A program made the translations under genes and the position numbers. The notes under the pieces are model-generated. The model saw only the letters and a list, made by a program, of their open reading frames with translations. It was not told the DNA's origin and did not search any database. A stretch of 63,812 bases of DNA, counting the filler, from Octopus bimaculoides (lineage: Eukaryota): the NCBI RefSeq assembly GCF_001194135.2. It is 8 parts of 7 records of this genome, joined end to end, with 100 filler letters (N's around TTAATTAATTAA, not from the genome) between each part and the next. Parts side by side here need not be neighbours in the genome. Positions count along the whole stretch, not along the records: positions 37,650 to 47,758 come from NC_068983.1; positions 47,859 to 56,485 come from NC_068985.1; 6 more parts are not named here. One strand, 5' to 3'. Below, piece by piece: positions 39,454 to 53,060 of the stretch; the first letter of the stretch is position 1, and each line of letters opens with the position of its first letter.

Positions 39454-40716
39454 AAAACACTGCTTCCATGTCCTTTTCACATACAACATGTTAATGAAGT
39501 ATTTTACAGTGACAATCTATCTTCGTAGGTGATATCCAATCGGTCTTCACACAAGAAGTTATTATGCAATACCTTATTGCCTTCAGTTGAATCCAAAAGT
39601 GAGTTCAAAGCACTCAAAGAGAGACATTGAAGGGATTGTGGACGTAACTTTAAGGCGGTTGTCTACAAACTAAATTCCAGTCCGACATCTGCAACTTGAG
39701 GGAAATGCATGTCATATTGGATCTTCCTTGCCACTAAAACCCTTTTTAAAGCAGAAACTGTTGTGTTTCCGAAAAGTGGGGACCTTTATCTTCTCTACAG
39801 TGCGTGTTTACACAAGTAACTCTCCAACCATGTAGATATACGATACCTGAAGTAGTGATGGATAATCTATTCACTGGCTCAACTCAAAATGTGTTGGAAG
39901 CTCATTAGCAGAATGTTCTCCGTTTTTGACAGGGATGAACCGTCATCAACGCATGGGATTAACAAGAACTGCCGAAAAAACTGCCCGGTGGCTCACTACT
40001 ATCCCCTCTTAAATTTGCACTGCTGACTCGACAGAGAGAGCCTATACTCAACAGTTGAAAATTCACTCACTAATTTCATAACGTGGAGAGAAATCTATGT
40101 GCTTTAGAAAAGTTGGAATAGCTTCCGTAAAAATTAAAACCGTCATATACTATTCATACATGTTGGACGCAGTTTGGTATCAAATATTCAACAGAACTTA
40201 CCGCTATAGCTGCATTCACTGAAAACAGGTTTCTTACCTCAATCTTTTTCAGGATGTCAGTCAAATCTACTTTCTCTCGTGGCTAGCCCTCAGAAGTAAC
40301 TTATTCACGAACATCTTGTATTGAATTCCCCAAAACAGGAACAGGCGATTGCCAATCCGGTTTGGGGTGAAACCACAGAATATTAGCCACTGCATGAACA
40401 GATATATACTCACAATAATCGCCATTTAATTTGTGTCTTTTGTTTACTGATCCTGCCTGAAGCGACGATGTAAAGTTGCCTAATGTTTTGACACATCTAC
40501 CGGCAGCGAAAATAACCGACTTTTCTATTATTCAGTTGAATTTATAATGCATGTGCACACATAAATATACGCACAAACATACACACACACACACACATAC
40601 ATGTATATGGACACATATACGTGCATACAGACATATATATTATATATATGTGCATATATGCACCATGTATAATGTAATATAATATATGATATAATATAGC
40701 ATAATGCATATATACG

Positions 40717-40747
<31 letters not shown>

Positions 40748-41111
40748 TTTCGATAATTTCAATTCATTTTAATCGATTTAAATTTCTTTTCTATTTGAAA
40801 ATTGGTTATGAAACACGTGTAATCTTTTTATTATATTTATCTTATGATATTTACTTTACTTTATATTATACTCATTTATTGTGCTTTTAATTATTAATTT
40901 TTCTATATGTGATAGTGGATTTTCATCGATGAGTTCTTGAAAATTGGTTATTNNNNNNNNNNNNNNNNNNNNNNNNNNNNNNNNNNNNNNNNNNNNNNNN
41001 NNNNNNNNNNNNNNNNNNNNNNNNNNNNNNNNNNNNNNNNNNNNNNNNNNNNNNNNNNNNNNNNATATATATATATGTGTGTGTGTGGATGTGTGTGTGT
41101 GTGTGGATGTA

Positions 41112-41142
<31 letters not shown>

Positions 41143-41399
41143 ATGTATATTTATTTATTTATTGAACGACAAACACCACCTTTTGGCTAAACATGTAAAA
41201 TACCAACCAAAATGAGATGATGGAATTGACTAATATTTTTTTTAAATATATGTATAATATATAATAATGCAAGATAGAATAGACACGTGAAATTATAAAA
41301 AAATGGCGCTACATACAAGAGACTGTTGTTTTAAATTCTGTTTGAGTTTACGAATATACGTGGGTGACAATGTTGAGTATATAGGTTTCAAAATTTGCC

Positions 41400-41845
41400 A
41401 GAAGACCAGCAATCTCGAGGAGGAGGCTAGCCAGTTTCATCGACCCTACTACTTAGCTAGTACATATTTTATCGACCCCGATAAGATGAAACACAAACTT
41501 GATCTCGGTGTTATTTGAGCTCAGACCATAAAATCAGACGAAATGCCGTTAAACATTTCCTTGGGCGCGTTAACGATTTTGTCAGCTCTTCGTCAGTATA
41601 AACGTGGAAATTTTAAGTTCGAGGCACATGCGGTGGGCTGATTGAATCGTGAGAATGTCCGGCAAAATGCTTACCGGCATTTGGTCCGTCTTTACAGTCT
41701 GAGGTCAGAGTCCACTGAGGTCGATTTTGCATTTCATCCTTTCGTGGTCGATAAAATACACACTAGTTCAGTACTAAGGTCGAAGCAGTCGCTTTTCCCT
41801 CTCCCCTAAAATTGGTGACCTTTTGCCAAGATTTGAAACCAATAT
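41400..41845. mobile_element. Two SINE A copies in inverted orientation
   Basis: Minus copy about 41400-41590, plus copy about 41660-41845; both diverged. Confidence 0.7.
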
Positions 41846-42862
41846 TAACTTGGAGGCTTGGCTCATAGGTAAGAGCTTTTAATGAAGCATAATTAAATAG
41901 GTAGTAATAAAATAAATTCTGAATTCAATGTATAATGAAATAATTATATAGCTAAATAGAGAAATGAATAATTATTCCAATAATTAAATGCATCGAATAA
42001 CTGAATAAAGAGATGGCTTACTAAATTATTTATTATATAATTAAACAATTATTTAATGGCAAATACATGATTCCTAACAAACACTCCATTAGTTAAAGAA
42101 TGTGTCGAGGGAACACGCGATAATTAACGATATATGATAATGAAGCAACAAGGAAGCTTGATGCTCCTTAAATATGTTTAATATACCGAACAAAGAGTCA
42201 AAGCATTACAATTACTGTTAGTTTCACCAATTCGGTTACAATTTTGTAACGGATTGATTTGTATATCACATCCTGTTTGTTCGAATTATGACACGCATTT
42301 AGTGAGGGACATATAGTTTTATATGTCACCTTGCATGTGGCATGTAACCTGATCTCTTATGATGAATGTGTGGTCCGATGGGTTATTGCGTTTATGTGGT
42401 AACTTATTTGTTCCTATACAAATAACGTTGTACGCGCAATTTTGTTTTAGTATTTTACGTGTAACAGAGTGTGTTCTACTCTATGATTAACTTCCTGTGT
42501 TCTAGTGTAGGTGTAAATGCATTTCTAGTAGTGTCTGTATAGAGGTGACCTGTGTACTGTTGTATGTAAAGACATGAATTTGTAATTTTAATCATATTTT
42601 GTGCTTTCATGCACTGAAGTACGTATACTTGTTTGTAGATCAGGTTCTGTGTAAAATATGTGTTGTATTGTATCTGTAGCGTGTAAAGTAGTGTGTAGCA
42701 TAGTAAATTGTTTTGTAGACGTGCATGCATTAGTATATGTGTATAAATTCATGAAATAGCCACTGTTGTGTCCACTAACTTACTCTCTGCTTAGCAGGAA
42801 TACCTCCCGTAGTGAATATCTAAAATCAACGCCAAGTATATACACATACATACTCACTCACA

Positions 42863-42909
<47 letters not shown>

Positions 42910-43403
42910 NNNNNNNNNNNNNNNNNNNNNNNNNNNNNNNNNNNNNNNNNNNNNNNNNNNNNNNNNNNNNNNNNNNNNNNNNNNNNNNNNNNNNNNNNNN
43001 NNNNNNNNNNNNNNNNNNNNNNNNNNNNNNNNNNNNNNNNNNNNNNNNNNNNNNNNNNNNNNNNNNNNNNNNNNNNNNNNNNNNNNNNNNNNNNNNNNNN
43101 NNNNNNNNNNNNNNNNNNNNNNNNNNNNNNNNNNNNNNNNNNNNNNNNNNNNNNNNNNNNNNNNNNNNNNNNNNNNNNNNNNNNNNNNNNNNNNNNNNNN
43201 NNNNNNNNNNNNNNNNNNNNNNNNNNNNNNNNNNNNNNNNNNNNNNNNNNNNNNNNNNNNNNNNNNNNNNNNNNNNNNNNNNNNNNNNNNNNNNNNNNNN
43301 NNNNNNNNNNNNNNNNNNNNNNNNNNNNNNNNNNNNNNNNNNNNNNNNNNNNNNNNNNNNNNNNNNNNNNNNNNNNNNNNNNNNNNNNNNNNNNNNNNNN
43401 NNN

Positions 43404-44200
43404 TGTTAGGAAACGACATGCTTTACTGTTTGGCATTCGCGCCGGAACCTCCAATACGAATATTTCAGAGTGTTTGGGTGCCTATCTGAGGACAGTGCAG
43501 AGGATTCTGAAAGAGTTGTATGAGTCTAATGGTGATAAAGAAGGTACGGCAGCTCGGAAAACTCATTCTGATCGTTTGGATAATAAAAGAACTCCTGAAT
43601 TTGCTGGTGAGATCCAGGCCATGATTGACAACCATCCCTCCAAGTCAATCAGGTCCATCTCCAGGGACATGGAAAGTCTCAGTTACTTATCAGGCAGGTA
43701 GTGCATGAAGACATTCGAAATTCTTTATACAGTGCATGTACCGAGAGAGATACAAATCAAACATCCAGTCAACATCTTTTCGCATGGTCTTACACATAAG
43801 TGCCTACATGAAGTGTCTGGAGGAGGTAGTGCTGTCCTGGGTCAAGAGAGTTGCTGCTGGAACAACCTATGTCTGGCAAGAGGACACTTACCATGCTACA
43901 CAAGCAGGATAACCAAGTCATGGCTGTCAGGCAATTACAGCGACCACATCACCCCTAACATCTGGCCACCTAACTCCCCGGACCACAACCCTCTTTACTA
44001 TTATATGTGGTGCGCAGTTGAGCGAGAGACCAACAAAAGCCCTTTAAACAACAAAGATGAACTGAAGACAATGATTATGATAGCATTCACCAACTAAAAC
44101 AAGGAGATCGTCCAGAAGAGTTGCAGGAGATTCTGAAGTTGTCTGGAGGCCGAAGTTAAAGCTAATGCTGATTCTATTAAATAAATTTACTCTTTAGTAT
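43404..44200 (+). mobile_element. Tc1/mariner (maT/DD37D-like) transposase remnant
   Basis: RTPEFAGEIQAMIDNHPSKSIRSISRD and CYTSRITKSWL...IWPPNSPDHNPLYYYMW; internally deleted; 5' end lost in an N gap. Confidence 0.8.
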
Positions 44201-44274
44201 TTCAAGATATTTTTATGTAATTTTGGTAAATATATCTGTTAAAATGATATGTCAGTGTTATTTTAGACAATAAA

Positions 44275-45538
44275 TATTGAGGCTGAGCAAAAAATAAGCA
44301 ACGGTTTGAAACATGAAATTCATCACAATATATTTTATGAAAAATGCAGTAATTTGTTTCATTGAAGTAAGTATCATTAAAATCAACACATTTTTTGCCA
44401 ACGTGTCACAAGTTTGTTTGTTCCGGTAACAAGATTCTGGAGATCTGTAGCTGATGAACTCTTTCAACGTACTTTTGGCGTTGGTTTGATTTTTGAACTC
44501 ATTTTCTCGCAGGAAACCATCAAAAGTGTTTGAAAAAGAGATAGTCGATAGAAGAAAGGTCTGGGGAATAAGCTGGGTGGGGAAGAACTTCGTAACCAAG
44601 TTCCCTCAACATCTGGAGCGTTATTAGTGAAACGTGTGGTCGAGCATTGTTATGAAGAATGATTATCCCTCTTCTGTTGACCAGTCTGGGGCAAGGAATA
44701 GAAAGTTTTCGTTCATTTTGGCAATTCCATTCTAATTTGTCCTGTAGTAGTGGTTTCTCCGGGCTTTAAAAAGTTATAGTGTATGATTCCAGCAGTAGAC
44801 CACCAAAGAGTCAGCATAATCTTCTTTTTGAAGAGCTCAAATTTAGGGAAGGTTTTTCGCTGCTTTATTNNNNNNNNNNGTACAGAATTCACTTCTCATT
44901 GCAAGTTATAAGACGTTCGAGAAATAGATCGGTCTGGTTATGGAGAAGAAGCGACGAGCAAATTTCATATCTGCGTATTTTCTGATTTCCATTCAAATTG
45001 TGAGGTACATATTTGTCGTACTTTTTTGATTTTTCAATCACATGCAAAACGTTGCAGGCAGTTTTCTGACTAACTTGAAGTCTTTTGCCAGCTCTCGAGT
45101 GGTTTTTCATTGAAAATTCTCAATGACGGTCTCTAATTGAGCGTCATCGATGACAGATGGGTGACCATTACGCTCAGGATTTTCAAGGCTCAGGTCTCCA
45201 CTGCGAAATCGTTTAAACCACATTCGAGCTGACCACTCACTGGTCATTTACTCACTAAACATTTCGTTGATAAGGCGAGCAATTACAGCTGCTTTACGTC
45301 CTTGTTTGAAGTTGAATAGCAAAATTGCTCAAATATCGCGCTTTCAAAGTTTCATTACAGCTGATTGCAACAACAGTGAAAAAATATCAATGTTAATTTA
45401 TTGATGCATTTGGGCAGGTCTATGTCTGTATTATCAGACAATTGCAAAATAATATATTTTTAAAATTCAAATCGCGGCAAAATCCGGTACAAATTCCGCA
45501 TGGTTCAAAATGTTACTTACTTTTTACTCAACCTGATA
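44275..45538 (-). mobile_element. Full-length-sized (about 1.26 kb) decayed mariner
   Basis: Imperfect TIRs (TATTGAGGCTGAGCAAAAAATAAGCAAC versus the reverse complement of GTTACTTACTTTTTACTCAACCTGATA), TA at both ends; transposase remnants KYVPHNL...RRYEICSSLL...RLITCNEK and FDGFLRE. Confidence 0.85.
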
Positions 45539-47148
45539 AATACACGCTATTAAGGACGTAAAGGCTAAACTCTATATTACATATAGGTTTCTATATACGA
45601 ATGTATATGTTTATATGTGTGTAGAAATAAATGAGTTTCATGCGTTGGTGAATATTACCAGGCAGTTACATATGAGGATGCCCAACTAAGTATCAAGGTA
45701 TTTAACATTAGTATACAACGTCGTGGTTGAAGCTGGCAAAAGCACAACGAGAATAAATTGATAGATATATCAAATTGGCGGATGCAGTATTTAGGAGTTT
45801 CCTTTGAAGATTATAGTATGTAACTATCCAAGAAGGGTCACCTATCACACAGATCTCTTTAATACTTACTACAGAAGAATTGCTACAAGGAAGAAGAAGA
45901 AATAATGTTCTGTCTTTTGATCCCACTCTAACAGACTCTCAGAGTTTCCTTCAATATTTCTTTGATTCAATTTTTATATACTTTTTTCATTACGGTTTCG
46001 AACGTCTGTTTTCGCATTTTTCAATTTATTTTGTTTTGTATTTTCTCTTTCTTTATGCGTCAGTCAATTTCTTCGATACCAATATTATGTATTCCAGTTC
46101 TGGAAACTTTGGATTTCAATCAGTATTTTCCTTCGTTGATGAATAACGATATTTGCTTTTTGTCGTTTTCTTTTTTTTGTTTTGTTTTTGTCACCTTCAT
46201 TTACTAATGTATTTTTTATTTCAATTCAGTTACTTTTCATTTATTTTCTTGGATTTCATTCGCACCACTTTGATCCTTATCTCTTTCATCTATGCATACA
46301 TATATATATATACATATATATGTATATATATATGTATATATATNNNNNNNNNNNNNNNNNNNNNNNNNNNNNNNNNNNNNNNNNNNNNNNNNNNNNNNNN
46401 NNNNNNNNNNNNNNNNNNNNNNNNNNNNNNNNNNNNNNNNNNNNNNNNNNNNNNNNNNNNNNNNNNNNNNNNNNNNNNNNNNNNNNNNNNNNNNNNNNNN
46501 NNNNNNNNNNNNNNNNNNNNNNNNNNNNNNNNNNNNNNNNNNNNNNNNNNNNNNNNNNNNNNNNNNNNNNNNNNNNNNNNNNNNNNNNNNNNNNNNNNNN
46601 NNNNNNNNNNNNNNNNNNNNNNNNNNNNNNNNNNNNNNNNNNNNNNNNNNNNNNNNNNNNNNNNNNNNNNNNNNNNNNNNNNNNNNNNNNNNNNNNNNNN
46701 NNNNNNNNNNNNNNNNNNNNNNNNNNNNNNNNNNNNNNNNNNNNNNNNNNNNNNNNNNNNNNNNNNNNNNNNNNNNNNNNNNNNNNNNNNNNNNNNNNNN
46801 NNNNNNNNNNNNNNNNNNNNNNNNNNNNNNNNNNNNNNNNNNNNNNNNNNNNNNNNNNNNNNNNNNNNNNNNNNNNNNNNNNNNNNNNNNNNNNNNNNNN
46901 NNNNNNNNNNNNNNNNNNNNNNNNNNNNNNNNNNNNNNNNNNNNNNNNNNNNNNNNNNNNNNNNNNNNNNNNNNNNNNNNNNNNNNNNNNNNNNNNNNNN
47001 NNNNNNNNNNNNNNNNNNNNNNNNNNNNNNNNNNNNNNNNNNNAATAAATGGTACTTGCTTTATTGATCCAAATGGAGGTCTATCGTTGACGTCTATCCG
47101 ATCGTGTCTGAATGCAGTATACATATTTATATATATATCTATATCGAA

Positions 47149-47183
<35 letters not shown>

Positions 47184-47186
47184 CTG

Positions 47187-47217
<31 letters not shown>

Positions 47218-47858
47218 GAGATATAGAGAGAGATGCCACTGCTCTTTTATTTTGCATATATAGATTTAATGCGTGCACATGAGTGTTTCTATGTTTTTCT
47301 CTGTGTGTGTGTGAGAAAACTTTAAATATTGTCATTTAAATTTGTTTGTGGGATATGATATGAATATTACGTGAGTTCCGTCGCATAGGCAACTTTTCAA
47401 TAAAATTTTTTTTCTTCTAGTATTATGTATTAAGGTGTTCGCTCCACTGTCTTGTATATGCGTTGAAGACTCTTTTTCTTATCTGGTCGTTCCATAAAAT
47501 AGAAATATCAAGGGCATATATTTAATATTGCACCATGCTTTGTTCAATAATAAAAGACGCGTTAGACAGTCACTTTGACATGGAGAAAAATGATGGAATA
47601 ATACTGTTCATCGATAGAATAAAGTAAACAAACTTGTACACCCACGCACCTACACTTTTTACAGACAGTCTCGCATATTTCAGTACACATCACCGACAAG
47701 AATCCATAACTTCACGCAATAAGAAAGAAAAAGAGAGAGAGAGAGAGAGAGAGAAAGANNNNNNNNNNNNNNNNNNNNNNNNNNNNNNNNNNNNNNNNNN
47801 NNTTAATTAATTAANNNNNNNNNNNNNNNNNNNNNNNNNNNNNNNNNNNNNNNNNNNN

Positions 47859-48290
47859 ACCGTAATATCTCGGCAAAAGAATTTGATAAGCTCAGAAAAT
47901 ATAAAGATTTGCTAATCAAAATCGAAAAGATGTGGCATCTCAAGACGGTTACAATACCAGTGACTGTAGAAACTGAAAACTATTTAAGGAACAGAAAATT
48001 TCTTAAACATGATCCAGGTTTACCATCAATGCAGGAAGTGCAAAAGATTGTCTTAACTGGTACGTCACATGTATTGAGAAGAGCATTGTCACTGTGAATT
48101 TTCTTTCCCTTTTTCCCCTTTATTTTCTTTATTTACCTTTTTACTTTTTACTTTTTCTCTCTGTCTTTCTTCCCCCTTTTCTCTGTCACATAACTTTGTA
48201 AGTGAACAATCTGGCGTTTATTTTAATGGCCTACTAATGTATATTAAGCGTTTCTCTGCCCCAAGTGTCAGGAAGACACTCGGTAAGAAA
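47859..48290 (+). mobile_element. REL-type LINE 3' end
   Basis: KEFDKLRKYKDLLIKIEKMWHLKTVTIPV...MQEVQKIVLTGTSHVLRRALSL* followed by a T-rich 3' UTR. Confidence 0.8.
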
Positions 48291-48291
48291 T

Positions 48292-49095
48292 ATGATGATG
48301 ATGATGATTTCTTTTATTTGCCACCGGGATGAAGGATGAGGAGGACAAAAGAAGAACAGACACAAAGTGTGTGTGTGTGTGTGGGGGGTTTACATATAAC
48401 GAAATGATAAGAAAAAGCTAAGTATACATGGTATACAATAAAACAAAGAAGGGAAGAATACATGGTGTACAACAGTAAAAAAAAGGAAGAAAAATGTATA
48501 ATAATGACGTGGTCCTCCTGACACAGGAAGATTTCTAGGGATAATCGAGGAACTCCACCGTCCATGATTTCCTTGAACATCAAGGGCAAGTGCCCTCTCG
48601 AATTCCTTTTCTCTGAGTCATAGGCCTACACTTAGAGCATTATCATCCATTCTTGTCATTTTCGCAACTTACACTCACCTTTAGTTTAAATTCACTCGAG
48701 GACAGCTTCTCCCTCTCCCACCTTCACTTTCCTTTTCGAGTGAAACTTGAAAAAGTCGATGAGGGCTCTACCGAAGAGGAAAGTTTCTGTCCTCATTCTT
48801 TTCAAACTCGTCCATCAGACAACCTTTTTCGCCACAACCACCAGGCAAAGGAAAATTGCCTTACCTGCTCAATTAAAGGAGGATGACGGGGCAATCATCA
48901 CTATGAAGATAGCCGACAGACAAATTCGTCCCACACGCGGCAGCAGATGTTCGACATAACTCCACAAGTCAGTAATGCCCGGACATTGTACGAGTGCGTG
49001 CAGAACGGTTTCGTCACTCTGTGTGCACCTCAAACAAGCCCATTTGACAGCACATCCATGCATGTAGAGCTTGTCTCGAACCGGTAGGGCCCCAT
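48292..49095 (-). mobile_element. Tx1/L1-like ORF2 C-terminus (zf-RVT-like) + 3' UTR with AATAAA and (ATC)n tail
   Basis: GALPVRDKLY...CLRCTQSDETVLHALVQCP...LWSYVE zinc-binding motif; minus strand ends GGCAAATAAAAGAA(ATC)n. Confidence 0.82.
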
Positions 49096-49510
49096 CAGAC
49101 GTAGTATATTTCACGGTGATAGCTTATCTCCATTACTATTTGTATTGATCATGATACCACTATGTCATATATTACGAGAAGTTAAAATAGCTTATGATTT
49201 GGGGAAAGGATATGGTTAGATACACCATCCCCTTTTTATGGATGATATAAAACTTTATGCAAAAAATGAAAAGCAGCCTGAAAGCCTTGTACAGACTGTT
49301 AGCATTTTTTCAAATGATGTAAATATGAAATTTGGGATTGCCAACTGCGCAATATTGATATTGAAACGAGGAAGATTTGAAGGAAGCCAGGGAATTGAAA
49401 TGCCAAATAGGCAAACAATGAAAGCAGTTGAGAAAGAAATGATATACGTATTTGAGAATACTGGAGGCAAATGAAATAAAACATGAAGAGATGAAGCAAA
49501 TTACAAGTAG
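49096..49510 (+). mobile_element. R4/Dong-like reverse-transcriptase core fragment
   Basis: IFHGDSLSPLLF and HPLFMDDIKLYAKNE (RT catalytic xxDD motif); contains stops. Confidence 0.88.
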
Positions 49511-49856
49511 GGAATATACATATATATAAAACTGAGAATGTCTGCCCGTCTGTCTGTCTATCTGTCTGTTTGACTATATGTGTGCATCACTAAAGCTCGA
49601 GAACTACCCAACTGATTTCATTCAAATTTTACACGAGCCTTACTTAGGATTCATGCAGTGTCATGGGCCAAAAGAATTTTCAACTTCTTGCCTAATGCGA
49701 GCCGAGAGTAATCTCATATTTCTTACAATATTTCAATATTACGTGTCAAAAGTGAAACAATAACATTTCTATTTTAATGTGATTCATTTTCAGTTTTAAT
49801 ACTGAAACTATCATCTCACATATATACATGCATGCACATACAAAGACACACACACA

Positions 49857-49897
<41 letters not shown>

Positions 49898-50153
49898 GTA
49901 AATATATATACATGAATGTATATAAGTGTATATACATCTGCACATATGTATATATATAGATATATGTATCTTTGTAGATATATATGTATAGATGTATATG
50001 CATACATGCATACGTATAGATGTATAAGTATAGATGTATATGTATATATGTATATATATACATATGTATCTATAGATTTATATGTATATTATATGTATAT
50101 ATGCATGCATTTATATGTATATATATATATATGTGTACGTATATATGTATGTA

Positions 50154-50194
<41 letters not shown>

Positions 50195-51027
50195 NNNNNN
50201 NNNNNNNNNNNNNNNNNNNNNNNNNNNNNNNNNNNNNNNNNNNNNNNNNNNNNNNNNNNNNNNNNNNNNNNNNNNNNNNNNNNNNNNNNNNNNNNNNNNN
50301 NNNNNNNNNNNNNNNNNNNNNNNNNNNNNNNNNNNNNNNNNNNNNNNNNNNNNNNNNNNNNNNNNNNNNNNNNNNNNNNNNNNNNNNNNNNNNNNNNNNN
50401 NNNNNNNNNNNNNNNNNNNNNNNNNNNNNNNNNNNNNNNNNNNNNNNNNNNNNNNNNNNNNNNNNNNNNNNNNNNNNNNNNNNNNNNNNNNNNNNNNNNN
50501 NNNNNNNNNNNNNNNNNNNNNNNNNNNNNNNNNNNNNNNNNNNNNNNNNNNNNNNNNNNNNNNNNNNNNNNNNNNNNNNNNNNNNNNNNNNNNNNNNNNN
50601 NNNNNNNNNNNNNNNNNNNNNNNNNNNNNNNNNNNNNNNNNNNNNNNNNNNNNNNNNNNNNNNNNNNNNNNNNNNNNNNNNNNNNNNNNNNNNNNNNNNN
50701 NNNNNNNNNNNNNNNNNNNNNNNNNNNNNNNNNNNNNNNNNNNNNNNNNNNNNNNNNNNNNNNNNNNNNNNNNNNNNNNNNNNNNNNNNNNNNNNNNNNN
50801 NNNNNNNNNNNNNNNNNNNNNNNNNNNNNNNNNNNNNNNNNNNNNNNNNNNNNNNNNNNNNNNNNNNNNNNNNNNNNNNNNNNNNNNNNNNNNNNNNNNN
50901 NNNNNNNNNNNNNNNNNNNNNNNNNNNNNNNNNNNNNNNNNNNNNNNNNNNNNNNNNNNNNNNNNNNNNNNNNNNNNNNNNNNNNNNNNNNNNNNNNNNN
51001 NNNNNNNNNNNNNNNNNNNNNNNTATA

Positions 51028-51061
<34 letters not shown>

Positions 51062-51276
51062 CAAGTGTTGCTATGTTTATGTCCCCGTAACTTAACCGTT
51101 CGGCAAAGCACTCCGACAGAATAAGTACTAGGCTTACAAAGAATAAATCATGGGGTTGATTTCTTCGACTAAAGGCTGTGCTCCAGCATGTCTGCAATCA
51201 CATTATCGAAACAAGTAAAACAATTAAAAAAAACTATGCCATTCTAATCCTGAGCAACCCCTGGTATCTGCTAGTA

Positions 51277-51315
<39 letters not shown>

Positions 51316-51685
51316 ATATATATATATATATTTATTTATATGCATATATAAATTTTAGTCACAGTATATGGATTCAAGTACTCCGGTAGTACTCATAAAA
51401 AAAAGCACCTTGATGTATTATTCTGCAAAACATATAGAATATACATTACGATACAAGGTAAAAGGACAAGGTGTGTATAAAATCATAAATGACAGAGAAA
51501 TAGTTTGATGAAATTTTATTTAAGAGTAAAAAAATTCAAATATCACGACTAATTGTTTCGTAACTTAAAAACATGTAAATTATTTATATTATTATATTTA
51601 ATAATAAATAAATTACTTACATGTCTGCATTAATGCAAAATACAGTAACTTATTTATTTATTATTAAATATGATAACATAAATTA

Positions 51686-52161
51686 CCGTAAATCCTCGAG
51701 TATAGTCCGCCCTTGAGTATAATACGCAGGGGATATTTAGGGGGCTGTACCTCTGTAAAACTTAAACCTTGTGTATAATACGCACCCCTTCTCTAACTTG
51801 AGTCAAAGAGGTCTATATAACGTCCTTGGTTTGTACACATATACGGTAACGTCCTTTATTATTATTGTAAATATAACATAATGCAAGCGTGTAGCTTTTT
51901 TGTGCACTTTGTTTGTAGAAAATAAAGAAATAACAGTAATAACGTCAGTGAAAAATAAATATAGCTCAAGGCATTAGCTTAAGGTATTTTCGCGCCCGAC
52001 ATCACAAAAGGCGTCTGAATAAACATTGCCGGACAGCAAATAGAGACTCGGACATTGCTCAGAAAATATTTTTTATTTTTAACCTCGTATATAGTACGCA
52101 ATAGGGATTTTGACCTTTAAATTTTGGGGAAAAAATGCGTATTATACTCAAGGATTTACGG
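51686..52161. mobile_element. pogo/Tigger-type non-autonomous element (MITE), 476 bp
   Basis: TIRs CCGTAAATCCTCGAGTATA and TATACTCAAGGATTTACGG; TA on both sides (51684-51685, 52162-52163). Confidence 0.9.
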
Positions 52162-52253
52162 TATTTATATATTTTTAAGTTACACAAGAATTTGTTGTGA
52201 TATTTGAATTTCCTACTGTTAAATAAAATTTCGTCAATTTCTTTTTTATGTAT

Positions 52254-52295
<42 letters not shown>

Positions 52296-52754
52296 TTATT
52301 TATAAATTAAATTTCTATAATTCTTATTTTGTTTTATATTTTCTTTTCTCAAACCTCGTCCACCGCTTGGTAAAAGCCGTTTGCTAACATTTTTATTTAA
52401 CTACCACCTCCACTCAAATAAGATTAGTTTTGTTATATATTTTTCGTTTTCATTAATACTATAAATCTCGGAGCTCGCCTTGTTTCTGTTATTGTTATTA
52501 TTGTTGGTGATATCATAATTTTAGTTATATGTGTATGCTTGCGTCCCTGAAGAATCTAACAATCTGATTGGTTGAAAGAAATGTACATCATGTACCCAGA
52601 ATATTCAGAAAATCGCATTCGACCCAATGAAGTGTCACACACACGATGAAGCAATTATAAAGACTGACCTTGTATAATGGTAAATGAATATAAACTCAGC
52701 AACTTAAAGCTGGAGTATAGTGCAGAAACAAATGTTATGACCTACTATTAAAGC

Positions 52755-52841
<87 letters not shown>

Positions 52842-52880
52842 TAGATATAGATATATACATACAACATGCATACATACATA

Positions 52881-52912
<32 letters not shown>

Positions 52913-52981
52913 GATATATATAGGGAGAGAGAGGAGTGTGTGTGGTGTGTATGAGAGTGAGTGAGAGAGGGAGAGAGAGAT

Positions 52982-53060
<79 letters not shown>

